A stretch of DNA of 64,000 nt. It comes from Eledone cirrhosa (Eukaryota). The notes under the pieces were generated by a model, which was not told where the DNA came from, ran no database searches, and saw nothing but the letters and a program-made list of their open reading frames with translations. Where the stretch lies: the NCBI GenBank assembly GCA_964016885.1, contig OZ024740.1, positions 338,148,001 to 338,212,000 of the forward strand, given 5' to 3'. Shown piece after piece: positions 13,040 through 25,393 of this stretch. Positions within the stretch are counted from its first letter, which is position 1, and the number at the start of each line of letters is the position of its first letter. The translations under genes and the position numbers were made by a program.

Positions 13040-14888
13040 GTGTCAATGCAAATCAGGATGATGTTGGAGATAAATGTGTCCGAAATGATGCCGGTGTACT
13101 TAGTGTCATGAATGATCAGAAAAAGGAGGCCTGGAAATGTCATTATGAGAGACTGATGAATGTGAAGAACGAATGGGAGATCGAGAAATTACCCACAGTA
13201 GATCCGACAGAGGGACCAGCTATTGAGATGGACGAATATAGGGTCCAAGAGGCGATTAAGGAAATGAAAAATGGTAAGGCTGCTGGACCGTCCGATAGTT
13301 GCTGAGATGCTGAAGGCATCAGGGGATGTAGGCACTAAACTGGTTGCACATATCATCAATCAGGCTATGTATGGTGGTCTCATACCCAAAGACTGGTGCA
13401 GCAGTATTCTCATAAATTGCTACAAAAGTAAAGGGGATGTTCTGGAGAGGAGCAATTATAGGGGTATAAAACTGATGGATCAGGTTATGAAAGTGGCAGA
13501 AAGGATATTAGCACAACTAATTAGAGAAAGGGTCAAACTAGATGAGATGCAGTTTGGTTTTGTGCCTGGGAAAAGTACAACAGATGCCTTTTTCCTGGTG
13601 AGACAATTACAAGAGAGGTTCTTAGAGAAGAATAAGCCACTATACTTAGCCTTTGTTGACCTAGAGAAGGCCTTTGATAGGGTACCCCGATCTGTCATCT
13701 GGTGGTCCCTAAGGAAACTAGGTATTGAGGAATGGCTTGTGAGGACAGTGTAAACTTTGTACGGAGGTGCTGTCAGTAAAGTCAAGGTAGGAATGGAGTT
13801 TAGTGAGGAATTCCAGATACAAGGTTCGGTCCTCAGCCCGCTCTTGTTCATTATAGTCCTCCAAGCCATAACAGAGGAGTTTAAGAATGGCTGTCCATTG
13901 GAACTTCTCTATGCTGACGATCTGGTTCTTATAGCAGAATCAGTAGAGGAGCTAGAGAATAAATTCTGGCTATGGAAACAGCAGTTGGAAGCAAGAGGAC
14001 TGAGAGTGAACCTAGCTAAAACAAAAGTGTTGATGAGTAGAAAAGAGGACAAAACTCTGATTCCGTCAGGGAAATGACCATGTTCAATCTGCAGAAAAGG
14101 AACTGGCATAAATTCTATAAAATGTACACAATGCAGATCCTGGGTACACAAGAGATGTAGTGGGATAGCAGGCAAACTAACAGGTAGGGAGAAATACGTA
14201 TGCAGTAGATGTACAGAGAAATTAGATAGTAGAAGTCGCATTGATAGACACATTTTTCAAATGCAGGCGGGTGCTATAGAAGGGGTGGATAGCTTCCGGT
14301 ACCTAGGAGATCAGATTAGCATGGGAGGGGGGTGTTCCGAGGCCCTAGTATCTAGAATAAGGACGGGTTGGAAGAAGTTTAGGGAGTTGTTTCCTCTGCT
14401 GACGAAGAAGGGTTTCTCCCTGTGTACGAAAGGCCGGTTATATGATGCCTGTGTGAGGAGCGCAGTGCTGCATGGTAGTGAGACATGGGCAGCAACTGCA
14501 GAGGATATGCGACGGCTGGAGAGAAATAAGGCAAGCATGCCCCATTGGATGTGCAATGTCAATGTGCATGAATGACCCCTCATGGATGTGTTGAGAGAGA
14601 AACTGTGTCTGAGAAGGATAGAATGTAGTGTGCGAGAGAGGAGACTGCGGTGGTATGGACATGTGATGCGCATGGAGGATGACCGATGGGTTAAGAAATG
14701 CCAGAAAATGCCAGTTGAAGGAAGACATGGTGGAGGTAGACCACGAAAAACATAGGTGGAGGTGGTGAGAACAGACCTCAGATCTCTGAAGCTCATGGTG
14801 GAGATGACGAAGGACCGTGACAAGTGGAGAGATGCTGTGCTGAATAAGACCCATCCCACCCTTGCAAGCAGGGAAAAGCGGATGTAAA

Positions 14889-14945
<57 letters not shown>
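13040..14945 (+). mobile_element. 5'-truncated RTE LINE (family B), decayed
   Basis: RT motifs in ORFs 13271-13753 and 13757-14077, PHD-like finger, short 3' UTR CCCACCCTTGCAAGCAGGGAAAAGCGGATGTAAAA and long (GAT)n tail. Confidence 0.92.
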
Positions 14946-14977
<32 letters not shown>

Positions 14978-15695
14978 TAGTATTCATTATGGTAATAATT
15001 GTGTTTTCTTAGAACCCCCCAAAATATCTAAGTCTCTGTTAGATATATATATCGCTAATGCAATGTAAGTAATAATTTTAATGCTCTGCTTGATTCTACT
15101 TTTTCTGCAAGTATTAGAAAGGTTGTGTCCATAATATTATCTGTATGAGGGCACTCTATTTTTGGTAATTTCGAGCCAAATTTATTTTGAGCAGTTATGG
15201 TGCAGTGAGTCCAACTTTTCTATATCAATATAAATTCATTTGTATATTTCTACTCCTGACTTTTCAATATATCAGTAGAGTTGCTTTATGGCTTAACCCT
15301 TTATCATTTACATTACTCTAAATATACTATTATATTTTCGCAGTAAACACTTTATCTTACATAATTATCTTGCATAATATTGAATCTATGAGATTTTGAT
15401 ATTATTTAATTTGAGAACAATACTTTAACGTCAGTATGAGTGGTTAATTACAGCCGGTTTGAACAGAAAAAGGTCAGATATTTCTGGCCGGATATAGCCG
15501 GTTTAAATGCTAAAGGATTAAGAGAGCTATTTTTAGCATTCCTCTATGATTATCACAGTTGCTGTTGCAGTCGCCATAACAATAACTGAGTTTCTTTCTT
15601 GACTCAAACTAAATTATGGACAGTTCGTATCTTTTCTAATTAATAAGATAACTTATTGATGAAGGTCGGCTTCTTAACATTAATAATTAACCGTT

Positions 15696-16165
15696 TTTTC
15701 TTTTTCTTTTCTTCGCCCACTAATTCCTGAAAGGGTCGTGGGGGCAGGGTCCTCAAACACTCCCTCTGGTGGGTCCTGTCAGAAACAACTGTCTCCAACT
15801 GATCCGGCTGGATCCCCAAGCGTGATCAGCCAAGCTCATGGATGTTATCCAAACATCTTGCTCCGGGTCTACCTCTGAGTCTCCTACCTTTTGGTTTCGC
15901 CCGTAAAATCTATTCAATGATTCTTTCCCCATGCCATAGTATCGGAGCTGAGATCTCTCAATTCAGAGAAGTAGCAGCTCTAGCTGTAGAGACTCTCTGA
16001 TCTCCGAGCTAAGCAATTTATCGAGTAACGTTACTCCAAAAACCCTTCGGAGGAACCCCATTTCGACCGCTTGTGTTCGCGATCGTATTCTTTTGGTCAT
16101 TACTCAAGATTCATGACCATAGGTAAGGGTTGACACGGAAACCGAATTGAAGACAGCGAGTTTTC
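15696..16165 (-). mobile_element. 3' end fragment of a third RTE-clade LINE (Expander/Rex3-like)
   Basis: Minus-strand translation TLTYGHES*VMTKRIRSRTQAVEMGFLRRVFGVTLLDK...IERSQLRYYG...RGRP. Confidence 0.75.
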
Positions 16166-16375
16166 TCAAGACCCGAAACAACATTGTATAAGTCTGTGTT
16201 AGAAATATATTGCTGATGTGAGCAACATCTTTAATGTTGTGCTTGGTTCTATGTTTTTTTTTTTGTAAGATACTAGAAATGTTGTATACATAACATTATC
16301 TGCTCGGGGACTCTCTGATATTTTCTATATTAATATAAATTCATTTGTGCGTATGTGTGTGTGTGTATATATATA

Positions 16376-16722
16376 TCATCATCATCATCATCATTTCATT
16401 TTACGTCCGCTTTTTCCCTGCTTGCAAGGGTGGGACAGGAACTGATTATGGCTTGATTTCTACAGCTGGATGCCCTTCCTAACACCAACCTCATTTACAG
16501 TGAGTGCTCAGTGCTTTTTTGCCGTGGCACCTCCACGACCACTTTGCAGTGGAATGATAGGGACCCCAGTCCCTATCATCTCATTTCTACAGCTGAGTAA
16601 ACTGGAGCAATGTGAAATAAAGTGTCTTGCTCAAGGAAACAACACATCACCCGGTCTGAGAATTGAACTCATAACCTTTCGATTGCAAGGCCAATGCTCT
16701 AACCACTAAGCCATGTGCCTCT
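16376..16722 (-). mobile_element. tRNA-derived CORE-like SINE with RTE-derived tail
   Basis: A box TGGCTTAGTGG, B box GAGTTCAATTCT, CCTTGAGCAAGACACTT core, tail shared with RTE 3' ends, (GAT)n. Confidence 0.85.
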
Positions 16723-16913
16723 TATATATATATACAGACACACACATATTACTAGGTCACAGATTTGGTTGCTCTTCCACTCTGCACCAATGTGCACAAT
16801 CAGTGAAGATAGTCATAATAGGATCTTGAATCCTTAGGTACCACTTTTTGTTCAGTATATGAACTTAAATATATAATATAATACACACACACGCACACAT
16901 ATATATACATGCG

Positions 16914-17250
16914 GCTTTCGCTGCATTTTTGACTAAAGAAATTTTAGTCTGATAGTGGGGGTTTAGAACCCTCTAACAAATGGAAAAAGATGAGCATTGA
17001 CGTATGGGAGTCAAATCCACTAGCTGTTTAAAAACATACTTGTCATCAAACCTACTAAGAATGTAGCTCCTAATTTGAATGGAAAGAGTTGGGAGATGTG
17101 TTGGTGTAATAGTAGCACAGTGGTCTGAATAACTAAAGATGTGGGTTCAATTCCCATGTACGTCAATGCTCATATTTTTCCATTTGTTAGAGGGGGTTCT
17201 AAACCCCACCATCAGGCTAAAATTTCTTTAGTAAAAAATGCAGCGAAAGC
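16914..17250. repeat. Imperfect inverted repeat (about 107 bp arms: 16914-17020 and 17141-17250)
   Basis: GCTTTCGCTGCATTTTTGACTAAAGAAATTTTAG... is the reverse complement of ...CTAAAATTTCTTTAGTAAAAAATGCAGCGAAAGC. Confidence 0.85.
17095..17165 (+). pseudogene. tRNA-Gln(CTG)-like pseudogene or SINE head
   Basis: TGGTGTAATAGTAGCAC D-arm, TCTGAAT anticodon region, GGGTTCAATTCCC T-arm, imperfect acceptor stem GATGTG/TACGTC. Confidence 0.55.
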
Positions 17251-17339
17251 TTTCGAAACATACATACACACACACATATATATATATACACACACACACA
17301 TATATATATATATACACACACATATGTATATTCATATAT

Positions 17340-17720
17340 AATCCACTACCCCTACCTATCCTCCCACTCCCACCAACACCACCTTCTCTCTGTAAAGTTG
17401 GTACCACAACATCCAGTCCAAATAAATGAGATAATGAGATCGAGATCGTGTAGGTGTCACGACAAAAAAACAAAAACAAAAAAAAACTACTCACAGCCCA
17501 CGTTGTAATGTGGCCGTATAGCTAACACGGTAAAAAGTTCCCAGTTCCACACTGTAAATGTGGTTGGTGTTAGGAAGGGCATCCAGCTGTAGAAAGCCTG
17601 CCAGACAGTCCTATATGAGTGAGACACGGGCACCTGACCAGCCTTGCCTCAAGTGGCACAACTCCCATGTAACCCATGCTAGCGTGGAAGATGGACGTTA
17701 AACGATGATGATGATGATAA
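17340..17720 (+). mobile_element. Isolated RTE 3' UTR fragment with (GAT)n tail
   Basis: Similar to 36720-37060 (GGTACCACAACATCCAGTCC, GGTTGGTGTTAGGAAGGGCATCCAGC, CATGCTAGCGTGGAAGATGGACGTTAAAC). Confidence 0.8.
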
Positions 17721-19381
17721 TATATATATATATACACACACACATATATATATATACACACACACATATATATATTGATATATATATATATATATACATA
17801 CATACATCGAGAGAGTCAGACATATATATGATGATGATAATATATATATATATATATATACACACACATATATATATATACACACACACACATATATATA
17901 TTGATATATATATATATATACATACATACATCGAGAGAGAGTCAGACATATATACATATTATGCATTATGCTCTATTTTGTTAGTTATACTTACCAGTTA
18001 CATAATACATTTAGTAATAAACAGATAGCCGCCAATATAACTTTATCAAAATACATTATGCCTCGTTTAAAAATATGAACTGCTGTCACCTCTATATTTT
18101 GTTCATGTTTTATGAAGAAGTAAATTATGTTTTCTGTTGAATACAATATTTTAGCACATAACTGCACCTGTTAAAAATTGTTTCTTCTTCAAACAGCGTC
18201 TGTTTGAAATACAATTTTCTTTATACAATAGTTTTTCTTCTATTTTTTTAAATCTTGTATATCATAAGTAAGACTGCAAGTTAAACCTACATTGCTGATA
18301 AATTATAATTTGTTTTGCAGTTCTATCAATTTATCATGTTCTGGTAAAACAAAGATAAACCTGAAAGACAAGCACACAACTTCCAAAAAACATTAGAAGA
18401 CAAAAAAATAAAACAAAATAAATAAAACAAAAACTAAACATATAAAAAAAAATCAATTATAAATTCTGTTTAGTTTTTGTATAAAAAAATGTTTCATGTT
18501 GGCTACATCTTTAAGAAGTTTCCATTCCACACACACACATACACACACACATATATATATATACACATACACACATACACATATCCATACATGCATATAT
18601 ATATATATACCAGTTTGTCAAAAAAAATGATTTCATCCAAGTCTTATAGGCTGACAATGGAGATTAAATTATTACACAGCACTGAACTCATATTTTCTGT
18701 AGATGCCAGTAACGTCCCAAATGGGAAATTTCTCCATGTAACACCTGGTGTTCAAAAGCAAAATTTCTCAAAGCATGATTAACTTTCCAGGTAATTTGAA
18801 ATAAAGAGAAGAAAACAACAACAAAAATCCATAGAAAAATTTATAAAAAACAAAAAATAAAATCAAAAAACGAAAAACGAAATAAAACTAGTAGATTTTA
18901 GGAGATTAATCCAAACGCATTAAGATTTTCTGCAGAAATTTTTGCTATACGTGTACAGATGCATTTTAGATATAAGAATATTATATGTAATAATATATCA
19001 CAGTTAAAATATACACATATATGATTTGTACATTACTTTAGTCGAGGTAATACAGAGCTTCTATTAGTTACTTGACCTCCTAGATATAGTACTAAAATCA
19101 TCTTTTAATTACAGCCTTATCAAAAAATTAAAGTCTGTCTCAAGCTCAAAGGCTCAGTAAACTAGAACTTATCCTGCCTCTTATCATAGGTCTTCATGAT
19201 CAAAGCTGATATCAAGCCAAACAACACCAACAGTAATGAGCCAAACATTAGTTAAGAATCTTAAGAGAAATTCTATAAGGCAGGGTTTAGCTAAAGGTAT
19301 ATATCAATTATAACATAATATAAACATAATGCCCCAAATAATATATTTTAAAGTGCTAAGATATCAACTATATATGTAAGT

Positions 19382-19727
19382 GAAGGTGCATGGCTTAGTG
19401 GTTAGAGCATCGGCCTTACAATCATGAGGTTGTGAGTTTGATTCTCGAATCGGGCTTTGCGTTGTCTTATTGAGCAAAACACTTTATTTCACGTTGTTTC
19501 AGTTCACTCAGTTGTAGCAATGAGTTGTGATGTCACTGGTGTCAAGCTGTATCGGCCATTGCCTTTCCCTTGAGCAACATCGCTGGCGTGTAGAGGGAAG
19601 ACTGGTATGCATGGGTGACTGTTAGTATTTCACAAACATCCTTGCCTGGACTTGTGACTTGGAGGAGAACTTTCTAGGTGCAAATCCCATGGTCATTCAT
19701 GACTGAAGGGGGTCTTTACCTTACCTT
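19382..19727 (+). mobile_element. tRNA-derived CORE-like SINE with a second tail type
   Basis: Same head as the 16.4 kb SINE, different 3' half ending GAAGGGGGTCTTTACCTTACCTT. Confidence 0.8.
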
Positions 19728-20674
19728 ATGTGAGACATCTGTGTCATCAATAAAACATATATAACATTTCAGACCTCCACAGAATACAGGTGAAATCTAC
19801 AACATCAACCAAACATAAGGAACATTAATGACAGAATCTATAACCTTCTATAACTCAGGAATCTATTAAACACAGATAAAATTTGTGACAAGTTAATTTA
19901 CGAGTGAAGAAGAATTGCTAGCCTTGCAATAATTAATGAAGTTTATTGCATTAGACAAGTCTGTATACGAAGAGGAATTTAATATTTCATCAGAGAGAGA
20001 AATAAATTTCAACACCTGGAATTTTTTCTTTTCTCTATTATCTTTGTCAGTTTCAGAAAATCAGATTCATTTTCTCCTCATAACATACAAACCTATTCGA
20101 AATCATAAATGCCAAGGTATAATATTTGCTGATGTAGACCACTACCAGTTTCCCTCGACTATCTTTTACATATGTTAATTATAAAGCCATCTTGCTAGTC
20201 TAAGCAGTGCATTGCATCATGAATCAAAGCACATCATTTCTTGTGCTCTAGTAAGTACTCGAGTGAGTCTTGTACCTTCAGTTGCTTAACATCTTATGTA
20301 ACTGAGGTAAGCTCCAGCCTGAAAAATGTCTAGACTCAAGTCAGATTTTAATTTTAAAAGACACATTTTGCTTTTGTTAGAAAGAATTCTCTGATTGATT
20401 TAAAAAGTATTGATATAACAGTGTGATGTATCCCAAAAGATGGAGAATATCGATTGGAAAATGATATGCTAAATGTTCAATATCAATTTGTGTGAACAGT
20501 GGATCTCAGCTTCAAATGCATTTATGTTAGTGAAAAGACTGATATATGTGATAGAAATGGGTGATGAATGATATGTAAAAAGTGTTATGAGCTACTATTG
20601 AATGATACATTATGGTAGGAAGATACTGAAAGAAATATAGTTAGTCAGATCTCAAAATGGTGGGTCTTGCATAT

Positions 20675-20890
20675 GAAACAACGATTTCTAATGTACGCCC
20701 AAGGCCAGTAATTTGTGGGAGGGGAAAGCTCATCAAACTGGTCCCAGAACTTGACTGGTGCTTTATTTCATTGACTCCAGAAGGACGAAAGACAAAGTCA
20801 ATCTCAGCAGGATTTGAACCCAGATTGTAAAGACCTGGAAAAAATATTGCTAAGCATTTGTTTGGCACTCTATTGATTCTGACAATTTGC
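20675..20890 (-). mobile_element. SINE (family with GCCTTTCATCCTT.CGGGGTCGATAAAATAAAGTACCAG domain), diverged
   Basis: Similar to the copies at 30.8, 34.1 and 38.8 kb. Confidence 0.65.
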
Positions 20891-21379
20891 TGACCTTTCG
20901 ACCATGAAAAAACAATAGATGAAGATGAGCAGCAGATTAGGTCATTTGATATTTCATGTTAGCTTGAAAAACCCCCAACAAAATGAATAATAAAGCAAGA
21001 TAATGATGATTTTACTGCTTTGTCAGAGGTGGAAGGGCAGTGCTTTACTACATTCTAGTTTCACAAGAGAGATGAAGGGAAGAGAGGCAGTTATCTTGGA
21101 ACTGTAGACATGGCCCAGATACTTACAATAGAACAGAGCCTAAAGGTGATGTTTCAAGACTACCATCCAAGTAGGACACTGTGGTATTTCAACTCAGATC
21201 ACAAAGAGCCAAAACAATACCACCAATCTGGACTAGTAGTTAATTTTATCGACATAGAAAGGTGCTTAGATATGATGTTGATGATAATAATGATGATGAA
21301 CAATCTTGGTGTTTGAAGGTTTAAAGGGATAAAATGATATTAAAGAGCTTAATGGCCTATTTGGTGTTGTAATCACTCT

Positions 21380-21535
21380 TGGTTTGATTATAATCACCAT
21401 ATTGAGAAAGACAATTGGAAGAAAGTGAAGATGCTTTTCACGTTCACCCTCAGATGCATTGATGACCAACAAATCATTGATATTAGTATAAACGAAAAGT
21501 AAACCATGAATAGAGTAGCGATGGAACTCTGAAAT
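21380..21535 (-). pseudogene. Ty3/gypsy-like RT fragment (degenerate YIDD region)
   Basis: GLLFVYTNINDLLVINASEGEREKHL...VIIIKP resembles the G..FV..YIDDLLI.S....EH..HL...GV.INP RT segment. Confidence 0.4.
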
Positions 21536-23332
21536 TTCTGAGCCACATTTGAAAATATTTACTTTCAGGTTTACTATTTTAAAATAAACATTGAAGTACA
21601 AAGATAATATTTCTAGTAGAAAATTCATGAGAATTTTTTTTTCTGAGTCACACTGTTAAGTCAGATTCTGAGAGGAGCAGAAACTAAAAAGATGGCAAAA
21701 GGTTTTGACAAGTGACTATTTTCAGACATATCAAAAGAGATGATATAGATCTATTAAGATAAAGAGCAAACCATGGATTTTGGAGAGCATTCGTTAATGA
21801 CAGCTGAATAACCTAAAATCAGGATAAAACTGAATTATATAAATTTTATAGGGATTAGACTATTATATAAATTTTATAGGGATTAGACTATTATGAACAT
21901 TCTCATTGTCTTCGGGTGGATTATTCATGTGTGTTCAACGTACATGTATACTGTACATCTACTGAATTTCTTTGTCTTGTGGGCAGGGGTGGATTTAATG
22001 GGGGCAAAGGGGGTAATTGTTATGGTTGCAGCAATTTATTTATGCCCTCAGCTGGGCTTTTTAGTTTTAGGATGGTTAGAATTTTTCAATTCAATACCTG
22101 TATGTATAACTTTTCAATTCCAATTACTTGCACCAAGCTAACTTTGATATGTGAAACTGGGAGATTTGCTGTGTATTCTAATTTTTTGTGTATGAGGGAC
22201 CTCATCAAACCTAAAGTGTCACCCCCCCCCCCCCGGGTCTAAATCCAACCCTGCTTGTGAGTCACAGGAGTGTGAAACTAGAATGACAGAACAAAAAATT
22301 TCATGGCATGTGTTGAGTGCTCTCATTCTCTCTATTGCACACAGTATTTGGTTACTCAGATACTCAGTTTCTCTCTGAAAATGATATGTCTGTTGATTTA
22401 TTTTCAACCTTTGCACATTCTCTGCATTCTATGCCTATGTTTTGCTACCATGTAATATCATGCTTCATACTCAATATTTATCCAGTCTAACATTTGCTTG
22501 AAAAGAAAATCCTTTTGTTGTCAGCAGAAGTAATAACACATTCAACATTTTCCACCTTGTTTTAATTCAAGCTACTATTCTTTCAGGTGACTATTCTCTA
22601 CTACTGACTAGATCCACTCAGTAACAGAAGCTATCAACTACTTCTATTCAATGTTCCAAGCATTAAAAGAATATATTTTACTAGTGCTCTAGTATTCCTA
22701 TCAGAATATGAAGACTGTCAGCCTGCCTATGATCCCAGCTACTGAATATATATCATCATCATCATCATTTAACGTCCATTTTCCATGCTACCATGGGTTA
22801 TATATATATATGTTTGTATAAGTATATATGTATGTCATTCAATGTTAATTGGAGAATATATATATATTTTAATGCCTTACATCTATTTTGCTGAACTAGT
22901 ATGAATGATTTTGCTATTTTATGATGTTTTCAGCAATTATTTTTACAGCTGGATACCCTCCCTAACACTGATCATTCAACTAAGAAATATGTGTGGAACT
23001 TAATGTTTTTTAATTAATCATCAAAACTGGTGCTGAAAGAGATGTGTGTTATGCTCATCAAAATAATATAGTAGCTGTTGTAAGATTTGGACTTAAAGCT
23101 ATTATGTTAAGTACTCTAGGTCATAACTTCACAACTGTTTTGCCTCATACTGATCAAATTGCATTGCATCCAACATAAATATAAAAGGTGATGTACTTAG
23201 TCCATATTCCTCTGAGAAATGCATGTATTATATATCATCATCATCACTGTTTAATGTTCATTTTGACAATTCTGGCAATATTACACAAATATGACCCTCC
23301 CCAAGTATAACAATATATATATATATATATAA

Positions 23333-23500
23333 TTGTTTCTACTTTTGGCACAAGGCCAGCAATTATCCCAGTGTATTACTGGTACTTTATTTTGTCGACC
23401 CCCGTAAGGATGAAAGGATGAAAGGCAAAGTTCCTCAGCGGGATTTGAACTCAGAATGGCAAGGGCCGTAACTCTATATGTCAAAGCATCGCATCCGACG
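23333..23500 (-). mobile_element. SINE (GCCTTTCATCC domain family)
   Basis: TTTCTACTTTTGGCACAAGGCCAGCAATT...GGATGAAAGGCAAAG...GGATTTGAACTCAG. Confidence 0.8.
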
Positions 23501-23886
23501 TCTGTATATATATATGTATATATCAAAATAATAAAATACAAGAATCTCGTCACAACCACTTTGTGCTAGATTTGTCTGTGAAATGGTAATTTGATATCTG
23601 CCTCTCTCTCTATATATACACACACACACATATATATATATATATACATATATATAAGGCATGTGGCTGAGTAGTAAGAGAATTGGATTCACAATCGGGA
23701 GGTTGTGAGTTCGATTACTGGACAGGGCAATGACACTTTATTTCATGCTATTCCTTCTACCTGGAGTTGCGGCCGATAGATAGTATTAGCGATTGGAAAG
23801 ACCAACAGAAACATTGTTTCCTCTGTCCGATTGTTGATATATATGTATATATATATATAATATATATATATATATACACACACACA

Positions 23887-24226
23887 TCATCATCATCATC
23901 ATCATTTTTACGTCTGCTTTTCCCTGCTTGCAAGGGTTGGACGGGAACTGATTCTGGCTGGATGTCTACAGCTGGATGCCCTTCCTGACACCAACCTCAT
24001 TTACAGTGAGTGCTGGGTGCTTTTTTTCCGAGGAGCCTACACGACCACTTTGAAGTGGAATGATAGGGACCCCGGTCCCTATCATCTCATTTCTACAGCT
24101 GAGTAAACTGGAGCAATGTGAAATATCGTGTCTTGCTCAAGGAAACAACACATCACTCGGTCTGAGAATTGAACTCATAACCTTTCGATTACAAGGCCAA
24201 TGCTCTAACCTCTAAGCCATGTGCCT
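23887..24226 (-). mobile_element. CORE-like SINE with RTE-derived tail (second copy)
   Basis: Highly similar to 16376-16722. Confidence 0.85.
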
Positions 24227-24227
24227 G

Positions 24228-24314
<87 letters not shown>

Positions 24315-24395
24315 ATAATAATAAATTTGAAGACTAAAATCCAAAGAGGGCTCGATAAGGATAACTATATATCAAATATATAAGAACTGTATTCG

Positions 24396-24705
24396 ACATC
24401 AATAATTACCACTTCTTCTTAGAGCTATCAATTTCGCTAAAACACTCACAGTGGTTAAGGATTTCGAAGTTGATGTCATCCTCAATGCCCGTAAGTCGGT
24501 GATTAATTTCAACGACTCTATTTGGGTTAAAAAATCTAATAGTAGCCCATTCGACGTGAGTATGGGCGCCAGCGATTCTGCGGAGGTTACTGATCTTATC
24601 GGCCTTTTCCTTCTCTTCTCTATCAAGGAAGAATTCCCCAACGTGGGCGGTGGTTTGTACCGTGATGATGGTCTTTTGACCATGACTAAGTGCAGCCCAC
24701 GTGCT
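24396..24705 (+). pseudogene. Inverted partial duplicate of the Naiad-type PLE RT (YRDD region)
   Basis: FDVSMGASDSAEVTDLIG...GLYRDDGL is a near reverse complement of about 26430-26760. Confidence 0.85.
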
Positions 24706-25393
24706 TTGTGTACCTATGTGTATATGTGTACCTATGGCGAGTGTTTTCGCGTATGCTTGTGTATATGGATGCGTGTATGTATTTATTTAATTTCGCATCC
24801 ATATACGCATCCATATACGTACATACACAGGCATACGTGAAAACACTCGCCATGGGTATTCAAAACAAGCACGTACACAAAAAAAACACACGCACGCACA
24901 TTCAGAACCCACGCAACGCCAGTACCCGCACACATACGAACGTATAAACCAAATACACATAAAAATATATATATAAAAAATATATATGTGTGTGTGTGTG
25001 TGTATACATATAATTAAATAAACGTCTATAAATATACACACATAAATACGTATATAACGCGCGCACACACATACCTACATGTAAATACATATATGTTCGC
25101 AGACGTCCGTCAACCAAAACACAAAGTACACATATACACACCCTACATACGTACGAACCCGCATACTCACACAGACGCAAAACTCACGTATACAACTAAC
25201 CAAATGCCCATGTACCAGTATATAAAATATATATGCCATAACATATACAAGCAAATATACGTACGAGAAAGTATACGTACCTTCACAAAACATACAAGTA
25301 ATATATACTTACCTATACACATAAGTAATGGTATAAACATGACATATACTTAGCTACGACATGAAGACGTAAAATATCAGCGTATAGTTCGTA

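Noticed and set aside
18300-18790. Possible short host exons on either strand
   Set aside because: Splice-like signals exist but frames are short or stop-containing, with no recognisable protein.
21837-21892. Short perfect tandem duplications (also 53257-53315 and 17705-17950)
   Set aside because: Ordinary local slippage duplications with no sign of function.
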